A stretch of 64,000 nucleotides of DNA from Octopus vulgaris. Taxonomy: Eukaryota. The first letter of the stretch is position 1; each line of letters begins with the position of its first letter. The notes below the pieces were generated by a model that was not told the origin of the DNA, searched no databases, and was given only the letters and a program-made list of their open reading frames with translations. Location of the stretch: assembly GCA_951406725.2 (NCBI GenBank), contig OX597819.1, positions 126,728,001 to 126,792,000 of the forward strand, in the 5' to 3' direction. Both the position numbers and the translations under genes were made by a program. Of this stretch, positions 53,316-64,000 are shown one piece after another.

Positions 53316-54399
53316 TATACATAGGTACGTATGTAGTGTGTGTGTGAATGTGTGAATGTGTGTGTTATTGAAAGCATCAATGTGCCTTAGTTTTATCTTC
53401 TTTGAATGTTCCTTCCTTCATGCCGTCTTCCATGTTCACGTGTTCCTTACAATTTGGAACAGTAAACTTCCCAGGTCCATCATTAGTGTTTCTGTACGTT
53501 CTTAATCTCATCTTCCGCTGGATGAATTGATGTGGGCATGTGTGTTACTCCCCGCACCCACACTTTGTTGCAGGCAAGGCCAAACCTGCTTCGCGTAAAT
53601 ATTTAACTCAGGAATTTCAAGTTTTAACTTTCTAGATATCTACGACATCAAGCTGGGTGTTAATTTTCGTTTGTGACTAATACTTATTATCTCTGTTTAT
53701 TTTAACATTGTATTCCGTTATGAGTATGACTTCTAATATGAATAATTTATCTTTAAGAGAATTCTGTAGTGTCTAGTTGTGTTTGTTGTCCACTAACTTT
53801 CTCCTAACTAGTTTTTTAAATACTTTTTTCCCCTTTGTTTTTCTGTTATGTGATGTAATGCATGCAATTGCTTCTTGCTGTAAGTGCATGGTGAGCAGGT
53901 GGGAACATACACAGTGCTAAAATATATACATAATTATTATAAGTTTGTCACAAACAAAAATACATCCCTGACGGAGAACGCATAAATGTAATTGTCTAAA
54001 ATTCAGAATCCGCTAGTTACACTGACACAAATCATATCGTTGGCTCCGAGAAAAACAATACACACCAACATGATTTCATCCAAAATATGAAATTATGAAG
54101 GTTTAGAAGCGTTTGTGTCAGATTTAGTGGAATTCATTGTAATAAACATGAAATACGAATATATGAAGAAAAGAAGTATTGATAATTAATAATAAAACTA
54201 GAACTCAGTCATGTTATCAATACGCACAAGTACCACTAGACCAAATTCGCTTGAATGACATTTCTTAGAAAGAAATAGATGCTGGAAATAAGCTCGTTCA
54301 GTAATCGCACGAAACAAAATAAATTTAGGGAACATTTTCTGAACTATGATAGGAAGTACGTGTTATACGGCTATATACATATATATCTAATATAATATC

Positions 54400-54449
<50 letters not shown>

Positions 54450-54524
54450 TAAATAAAATAAAACATATGCATATATATAAACATATATGTACGTACCTAC
54501 CTCTACATGTACATATACACGCAT

Positions 54525-54703
54525 ATATGAGTACAGGACACCAAAAAGACGTCGAACACAATGAGAAACGAAAACATAGACACAAACCAAAGGAACTGGA
54601 CATTTTTTTAAACAACAAAAAAATAGAGTACAGGACAATTAACACAAAGAAAAAACCCCTTCTTCAGTCGCTATGGTTTCATCTACTCTACGTTTCGAAG
54701 GTG
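54525..54703 (-). mobile_element. Penelope-pLTR-like fragment starting inside a hammerhead-like motif
   Basis: Minus strand begins caccttcGAAA-CG-TA-gagtag, later has CTGAAGAagggg and a T-rich body; TA-rich flanks. Confidence 0.45.
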
Positions 54704-55781
54704 ATATATATATAATATAGGATAAAATTTTTCGAAAAGAATTTTATCAATAGCCAGCATATTAAAAAATACCTTTAAAGGTTAAATTTATAAACAACTT
54801 ATAAACAAGGGCAAAAGAAAATATTCTGTCACATATGCCGAAAATAGACAAATTCGTCAATAACGATAATTAAAGATAATTAACGGTCAGTAGCACTAAA
54901 TACCGGGCTTGGTAGGATTCAATGTAATTCAGTGAATAGTGGAGATTTCGTATGGCTAAAATCTTGATTCGTGTATAATATAATATAAGGTATGTTTTGA
55001 GCAAACATTATGTAATTACAGAAGCAAATATTAGCCTACGAGATCTTTACCTTTCAGTGTGTCTTTATGAAGAAACAGCTTCCAGTGTAATTTGGAAGAA
55101 GTCATCACTGACAATAAATCTCATTCTTACTCTAAGAACATGAGTGTCTTAAGCAGTGTTTGTATAGTGTAATGAAAAACAAACCATAATGAGTATAACT
55201 TTTTATATAACATTTATATACAATAACTATTGAATATTAGAAAAAAGATGTGTGAAGATGTATCTATAGCAGTAGTAGTAGTAATAGTAATAATAATAAT
55301 AATAATAATTTTTAAATTATGTAAATTAATAGAAAATGTATACGTATAGTCTAAGTGTGTGTGTGTAGCTGATCACATAGTTATGTATACATAGTGAAAT
55401 ACAACAGCGTCAGCTATATGTGTGTGTTGATATATATATATAAATAGATGTGTAGGCGTGTGTATGCATAAATATATGCATCGTTGTGCAGTATCGTGCA
55501 TTGTTGTTTTTTAATTTCATTTTCTTGTGCATTGTCCAATATGTATTTATGCTATGTTAAATGTGTATGAAGATATAGCCTGTCGGTGTGGTCTTGTCAC
55601 TTGTGTATGTGTGTATATATATATATATATTTATTTATATGTATACATGTGTATGTACATATATATATATATATATATTTATATATATGTATACATGTGT
55701 ATGTATATATATATATATATATGTATGTATACATGTGTATGTGTATATATATATATATTTATATATATGTATACATATATG

Positions 55782-55812
<31 letters not shown>

Positions 55813-55949
55813 GTATACATGTGTATGTATATATATATATATATTTATATATATGTATACATGTGTATGTACATTATATATATATATTTATATATATGTA
55901 TACATGTGTATGTACATATTTATATATATATATTTATATATATGTACAC

Positions 55950-55985
<36 letters not shown>

Positions 55986-56331
55986 ACATGTGTATGTACA
56001 TATATATATGTATATATAATATACACACACACACAAATGCACATCGTTAAATGTTTTGTGACCTAGGTGTTCGGACCAGCGAGCTTGTGATCCTTTACCG
56101 ATTCTGTTTTTTTATCCCTTTATTACAACTTTATTCCATTTTGCCTACACAGTGCTGAATGGGTCGAAACATAATGACACGTTTTCTGGATTCTACGAAG
56201 CTACAGAAGGTACGTAAACTTCCCTACCTGTCCAATGAGTTCCAATAATTTCAGCGTGCACTTGCTCTCACACTTGCGCACATACATTCTTCATTCATTC
56301 TTACATACAAACATAGTTACATACAAAAACG

Positions 56332-56365
<34 letters not shown>

Positions 56366-56435
56366 TACTCACTCTCTCTCCTTCACACACACACACACAC
56401 ATATAGATATCATATATGTATGCGTATATATGTAT

Positions 56436-56656
56436 ACTCTCTTTACTCTTTTTACTCTTTTACTTGTTTCAGTCATTTGACTGCGGCCATGCTGGAGCAC
56501 CGCCTTTAATCGAGCAACTCGACCCCGGGACTTATGCTTTTGTAAGCCCAGTACTTATTCTATCGGTCTCTTTTGCCGAACCGCTAAGTGACGGGGACGT
56601 AAACACACCAGCATTGGTTGTCAAGCAATGCTAGGGGGACAAACACACACACACAA

Positions 56657-56713
<57 letters not shown>

Positions 56714-56878
56714 TACGACGGGCTTTTTTCAGTTTCCGTCTACCAAATCCACTCACAAGGCTTTGGTCAGCCCGAGGCTATAGTAGAAGACACTTGCCCA
56801 AGGTGCCACGCAGTGGGACTGAACCCGAAACCATGTCGTTGGTAAGCAAGCTACTTACCACACAGCCACTCCTGCGCC
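56436..56878 (-). mobile_element. SINE family A, full-length young copy
   Basis: Reverse complement is collinear with 52896-53315. Confidence 0.95.
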
Positions 56879-57450
56879 TATATGTGTATATATATCATAT
56901 ATATAAAAAACATAATCCTTCATAATCACTGTTCTGTTTTTATTAGCTTTGTTTTATTTGTATTATTTTGTTTCAAAATGATTCTTGCATTTTAGATAGT
57001 TTCTTTCGCAACAAAAATCGCTGAGAAAGAACGATGAAAATTTCTTGTACCAAAATTAAAGCAAAAAGTTTGATGCTATTCATGAAGCTTAGATGATATT
57101 TTATCTGTAGTGTAACTTTTGAATTAGTAATGGAAGAATAATTATGTAAATATACAATAACTAATAAGTCACCATCAAAATGAAAAACAATATGCTATAG
57201 TGATCTTGTTTAATATTTGCAGAATCAAAAAGCTGACAAGGATATTTAAAAAAATTAAAAATGGTAGATAGGCTTTGTGTGTGTGTGTGTGTGTGTGTGT
57301 GTTAGTCTAAGGATTAATATTGTCAACATAGTTGTTGTAAGTATGAAATACAAACTTCGGCTTTATTCTGACCTCGTCAGTGATGCGAAATTTTGCCGTA
57401 TGTACGGAAGCATTAACGGGAGAATTATTAGTGAAATAAATAAAACAGAG

Positions 57451-57541
<91 letters not shown>

Positions 57542-58172
57542 AATCAAAATAAGCAACAAGTATATCTTCGGTAATTTGCTTATTTTGATTATAATCACCC
57601 CATGGATTTATATGGATAATACCACACAAAATTCTGGTGCCTCTGACTTAAGTACCACATTCACTTGAATCTAAATTTTGCTGAACTTATATATATACAT
57701 ATATATATATATATATTTATTTAATCTTTGCAAACTTATTAGCTTATTAGCAAGGTAATATAAATTCAGCATTCGTGCAAAAACAACCTTGTATCTTGAC
57801 GGAAACTTAATCAGTATCTCAACATGTCACTGTTTTCGTTCGACATAATTATAAGGTTGTTGAAACAATCAATCGAAGCTATTGGTTTAGTCACCAAGCC
57901 ACGTCTAACCTAAAGCCAACCAGTAAAATTATCTCTTTCCTTCTCTCACTCTCTCTCTTTCTCTCCATTCTCTCTCTCTCTCTCTCGTTCTGTTTACATC
58001 TCTCTAGTTTCTCTGTATTTTTCCTTCGTATTTATCTCCTTTTTCTTTCTATTTCGTCTGAGATCCTACTTATCCAGCTGGTTTCAAAGTTGTATCATTA
58101 ATCACTAAATGAAGTTAATTGCATATTATTGTAGATCCAGGTGAAAATGTGTATCTGTTTGTGCATGCGCAC

Positions 58173-58216
<44 letters not shown>

Positions 58217-58289
58217 ATAAGCTTGCGATTTTTAGAATATTACTATTTTCCATTCTTGAGTCTTCTTCTTCTCTTTCCTCCTCTTCGTC

Positions 58290-58321
<32 letters not shown>

Positions 58322-58804
58322 CTTACGGGAACAATAAAAAAATGTTTATGCTCCTTCAACTTTGATTCTCACCCAGACAACAGAGCAAGTTGTTGTCAAG
58401 TATAGAAATGAAGTAGAACTAGGGTACGGTACCACAGTAATCATAACTTTCTCCCTGTCATAGAATCTTAGTTTTCTATTCTCCTCTTGGATAAATTATG
58501 GAAATATTCTACGATAATGACTGAGCACTACTTTAATTTATTGCCTATATATTGTCAGAATACAGAAACAGTGTTGAGTGCTGCAGGCTTTCAACCCGTC
58601 TTCAAGAGGCGTAAATAAATGATGTAAGGATTTCCCCCCAATATACTACTGGGTCTGCCTATCCAATGATTTCTTTCTCAGTGGACTGGATATGAAGATT
58701 TGTAGTATATAGCTATGTTTATTTATATCACACAGTTCCAACCATGCTGACATCAATTTTGGCGATGAAGTAAGCGCGAGTCTAGAACCGTCTCATCCTA
58801 TTTC

Positions 58805-58839
<35 letters not shown>

Positions 58840-59052
58840 CAACAAGCACACATATATATATACATACTCGTAAGCTCAAACCTGTAAGTAGTTTATTGAA
58901 ACTGAATTGCGACTTCGTTCACGATTTTAATGGCACTGTGAACTTACGACGTATTCTCGCCTGGAGATCGCACTGGCGTGAAACACTTATATGTACGTAC
59001 TCACACACACACACATGTATGTATATATATATATATCATAATATATACATCC

Positions 59053-59088
<36 letters not shown>

Positions 59089-59206
59089 TATTGTGTATGT
59101 GCTTCTATGATATACATATATAAACGCATACACACGTGCGCATGCTCACGCGAATTATATATATATACATATATATATGTATATATATATATATATATAT
59201 ACTTAA

Positions 59207-59426
59207 TTTAAAAGCAGCAGAAATATAACAAAAGCTGTTACTCGGAGTTTCACGTTCCCGTTCGTCGGAGAGTATTGTTAAAAATACTGTCCGACGAACG
59301 GGAACGTGAAACTCCGGGTAACAGCTTTCGCTATATTTCTGCTGCTTTTAAATACAGCATAATACTCTACCTCTGGTATTTGAGTACTCTTTTTTCCACC
59401 TTGTTTCACATTTATGTGTTTACTCC

Positions 59427-59428
<2 letters not shown>
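59207..59428. mobile_element. Family H fold-back element with a hammerhead-like motif in both arms
   Basis: Arms 59207-59276 and 59283-59352 are inverted; the right arm continues to 59428 and then (TA)n; motif CTGT-CCGACGA-ACG(ggaa)CGT-GAAA-CTCCGGG-TA-ACAG at 59287-59324. Confidence 0.85.
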
Positions 59429-59480
<52 letters not shown>

Positions 59481-60319
59481 CATATATGCATACATATATA
59501 TATATATATATATATAGTGTGTGTGTATCTAAGGGAAAGTAGAACTAATTTGCCTACGGGAATATTAATCATCTTGTGCATAAAGACACATGCGCGCGCG
59601 CGTACACACAATGAGGTTAACATCTTGTGTTCTTCGCTCTTCCTGTTCACACATTACCAGTGAAATCTAATCCAGTGTTTTTCTCGCAGAAATTTGATAA
59701 TATCCATATTACATGATACTAGGCGAGTGAAACCTATTAGCATGTCCACCACTGTATACACACACATATATATATATATATATATTGTGCTACAGTGACT
59801 ATAATGCCATATATTCTAGGTATCAGCTTAGCGCTATACAAAACGAATGAGTAAATAATGCCAGTGAGATGGCGTCCCTGGACTGCTACCGTTACTGATG
59901 TCAATATTACTGCTACTGCTTTTGATACTGTTGCTGCTAATGCTAGTATCTGCTCGCTAGTTATTCCCCGCAGCTGCTGGTTCTGCTTGCTGGTGGCGAT
60001 ATTGTTGCTCCTGCCTATAGACACACAACAATATATGCAGGCTCTTGCCATTCACTCGCCGAGGAAGACATGCGCACACCTTGGACATTGCTAACGCTTC
60101 TGAACGTGTTAATGGGGTTATACACGTGTGTATATCAATATATGAGTGCGCATACGAACCACCTCTATATAGATATGATGTCTATGTGTGTGTATACGAT
60201 GTGTACATATATAGGATGTGTGTGTGTGTGTATGTATATACACACATAAATATATATGTATATGATGTAGGTATATATATGAATATATATGTCTACACAT
60301 TTGTATATATATATGATTA

Positions 60320-60354
<35 letters not shown>

Positions 60355-60475
60355 GATGTGTATATATACATACATATATTTACATCCATCCATATATATA
60401 TATGTGATGTGAGTATATATGTATATATGATATGAATATATACTTATATGTAATGTGTTTATATATTTTTATATA

Positions 60476-60526
<51 letters not shown>

Positions 60527-60553
60527 CTATGTGTATGTATATATATATAACTA

Positions 60554-60596
<43 letters not shown>

Positions 60597-60621
60597 CTAT
60601 GTGTATATATATATATATAAC

Positions 60622-60655
<34 letters not shown>

Positions 60656-61160
60656 ACTATGTGTATATATATATGTATATATATATGTATATATATATAT
60701 ATATATTTGATATGATATGATATAATATAAATATATGCATAAACATGATAGAACACTGTTTTACTTTAATATTTAATTTTTTTATTTAAAATAAAACAAG
60801 AACATATAAATTATATGTCATAGACAAATAGGAAACTCCAACGCACTCGCGTCTTACACCAAGTGTCCGAAAAGAGAGGTGTTCCTACTTACACACACAT
60901 AGACATATACTTGTGCGCGCATACATACACACACACACATATTTATGTGTTTGTAATATATATCTGGTTGTGTGATATTTTCACCAAGAACAATTCACTG
61001 AAGCAGTGATTCGCCATTTGTCTATGTATATATTTTCATAATTTTTATCTCTTTTGTCGCCATACTGCTTTTGCGGGAATGAATATCGAAGATGTTATTG
61101 TTCTGAAATGAGACTAAAAGCACACAAATGCAATTGGATGCACACATACACACAGACACA

Positions 61161-61205
<45 letters not shown>

Positions 61206-61640
61206 TATATTTTCGCTGAACCAGAAAACTCTGCTCATTGTTTGCTCGACGCACAATCAGTTTCACACATAAAAGGTAAATTGAGGTAATCTCTCCTGCT
61301 GAGAAACTGATCGAATAGATATGTCTTGAGTAAAAGAAAATCTTCTACGCTCCGGTATTATATGTGCACTAACGGATGTATATGTTTATAACATAGGTGC
61401 CGTTTTGGGGGAACACGAGAAGGCCAAACTGAAATGACCTAAAAATTAGAATACTTAAAGACTGAAAGGTCGAATACTCAGTAGACCGAATATTTTAAAA
61501 ATGATTTGTATAAAATAATGTATTAAACGTTCTTTAGGATTTTGAAAAGCAGTTTATTATAACAAATACTTTTATTGCGCTACGTCAGAATAACAACGAG
61601 CAGCGAGATACAATGTGCATATTTACTTAATAATAATAAT

Positions 61641-61850
61641 GCTTTCAAATTTTGGCACAAGGCCAGCAATTTCGGGGGAGTGGGTAAGTCGTCTTCGTCG
61701 ACGCCAGTGCTTGACTTGTACTTATTTTACCACCCCAGAAAGTATGTAAAGCAAAGTCGACCTCGGTGGAATTTAAACTCTTAAAGATGGACGGAATGTC
61801 GCTAAGCATTTCGTCCGCCATCTTAACGATCCTGCCTGCTCACCCGCCTT
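61641..61850 (-). mobile_element. SINE family B (B2 tail)
   Basis: ttttggcacaaggccagcaatttc...gcaaagtcgacctcggtggaattt...gctcacccgcctt; within (AAT)n. Confidence 0.85.
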
Positions 61851-62251
61851 TCAGTGATAATAATAATAATAAGAAGAAAGAATAAGAATCGTTTAGAGCA
61901 GGGATACGACATCAAAGATAAAAGCAAAATCTGAAAAGTTTATTTATTGAATATTTCCATCTTTTTCTCCTTGTTGAATATTCTCCATTCTTTTAATAGA
62001 AACGTAGACAATGATTAAAAGACCGGATTTTATATGTCGGTATTATGAAGCGAAAGAATGAAGGCAAAGGCAGATAAAACAAGTGCACGAGTCTATCAAT
62101 ATTCATCTTCTTAATCGTTTTGCATTTTCATATTTTGTATTCAAAGAAAAGCAAAAACATTCAATAACGTAAGAATTTAAAGAACGAAGTTTTCGATTAA
62201 ATACAATATTTCAATTTTTGCTTTTGTCATCGACATAGAATCCCTAATCTA

Positions 62252-62302
<51 letters not shown>

Positions 62303-62694
62303 TTAAATGTGCTCACTGTATCTCGCTTGCCTTTCTTATTTTGATACGGGATAATAAGAAAAATATTTATATGAAATGTTTCTTAAATAAAAGTGTGTTT
62401 AGACCATTTAACCTGTTATTTTCCTGAAAAACCTTTAAACTGAGATAATATAATAAACAGGATAAATCAGCTTTATTTCTCAAATACACATTATTTTAAA
62501 ACTAATCTCATATTAAGAAAAGGCAAACATGTTACTATGTTTCTCGAATTAGGATTAAATGTTTTTAAAACAGATTTTTAGATTTTAGTCCAAAATTTTG
62601 GTGTCCTGAACATTTGGTCTTTCATTCTTTTGGAATTCTGGTTTGTCGGCCATGTGAATTTGAGACTTTTTATTCAGTCGTGAGACCGAAAGTA

Positions 62695-62962
<268 letters not shown>

Positions 62963-63330
62963 ATATTGTGTGTCTTATGCGAAATTAATTAAGTAGAAAT
63001 AAGGCAATTTACAAAGTAGAAAGCATAATATTCTTAAGAGAGTTGAATATGATTACATGCTTTGTATGACACCAGAGTAAAAGAGCTAATTTCTATTTCT
63101 TCGAATATTTTCTTTGTTGTATATATGTATGTATGTGTGTGTGTTCTGAGTAGATAGTATCTAATGATGGTATGTAGAGTTCGCTTTCAAAAAAGATCAC
63201 CAGGTTAATTATAGATTCCTAACATTTCATTTTACTCGGTGCTGAAGCAATTTTACTCAAAATGTTTCTTATAACATGACAGTCATTTCTCAGAGTCAAT
63301 TGATGGACACAATGCAGGAGTTACAAATAT

Positions 63331-63627
63331 TGCTTTTAGATTTTGGCACAAGGCCAGCAATTTCGAAGGAGAGCGTAAGTCGATGACAGCGACTCCAGTG
63401 TTCAACTGATACTTATTTTATCGACTCGAAAAGGAAAAAAGACAAAGTCGACCTTGGTGGGATTTGAACTCAAGATGTAAAGACGGATGAAATACTGCTA
63501 AGTATTTTCCCCGGGGTGCTAACGATTCTGCCAACTCGCAGCTTTAAATCCGCAAAATATTGATATCAAGTTTCGGTACAAGGCCAGCGATTTCAGGGGA
63601 TGTGTGCTAGTGGACTATATCGACCCT
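63331..63627 (-). mobile_element. SINE family B (B2): full copy (63331-63545) plus an adjacent 3' fragment (63566-63627)
   Basis: ttttggcacaaggccagcaatttc appears again as ttcggtacaaggccagcgatttc; core acaaagtcgaccttggtgggatttgaactc. Confidence 0.85.
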
Positions 63628-63803
63628 AACTTCTATATATTCGCGATAAGTGTGCTACCATCATCGCAAATATATATAGATGTGTGTTCGAGTCCCATGC
63701 ATACGAAAAACCCCACTTTTTTCCGCCAAGGGCTTATATGCCCCAATATTAGACTATTATTGTTATTTACAGAATTGTCACTCGTCACCGCTTCTCAATT
63801 CAT

Positions 63804-63834
<31 letters not shown>

Positions 63835-63844
<10 letters not shown>

Positions 63845-63943
63845 GGAAACTGCAGAATTGTCTGTCTGTCTGTCTGTCAAAATATTTTCGTCGCTAAAAT
63901 CCGCGACCTGTTCACTGACAAAAATCCGTGCTGCATCTCTGTG

Positions 63944-63945
<2 letters not shown>
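63835..63945 (+). mobile_element. Possible non-autonomous Helitron-like 5' fragment
   Basis: (TA)n-aaggggaaactgcagaattgtctgtctgtctgtctgtc resembles the TA-rich start plus (GTCT)n layout of invertebrate non-autonomous Helitrons; no TC start or 3' hairpin/CTRR end seen. Confidence 0.3.
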
Positions 63946-63983
<38 letters not shown>

Positions 63984-64000
63984 TTTAAATTTAAATGTTG

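Noticed and set aside
58905-58955. aatggcactg resembling the miR-263/183 5' end
   Set aside because: Only the first 10 nt match and there is no pre-miRNA-length hairpin.

Overview
This is non-coding, AT-rich, microsatellite-saturated animal DNA. The repeat families and microsatellite density look like a coleoid cephalopod, most likely Octopus; this is recognition-based inference, not a database result. I find no intact protein-coding gene: nearly all supplied ORFs are translations of simple repeats or SINEs. The window holds (i) many copies of at least four tRNA-headed SINE families, several with clear target-site duplications (TSDs), (ii) one internally deleted Tc1-type DNA transposon, (iii) two decayed RTE-like LINE remnants, (iv) an unclassified headless repeat family and (v) micro- and minisatellites. 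The most interesting signal is a set of short, mutually unrelated non-coding elements that each carry a minimal type I hammerhead-ribozyme-like motif (10672, 18132, 32146, 35818, 59287, and half a motif at 54685). Some have variant cores (U3:A8 compensatory pair, U4C, A6U). Three are inserted as head-to-head fold-back palindromes: one is bounded by a 15-bp TSD and one has a tRNA-like Pol III head. This suggests several non-autonomous Penelope-dependent or retrozyme-like families. Ribozyme activity and novelty are untested. Family letters (A-H) are my own labels, and boundaries of decayed copies are approximate.
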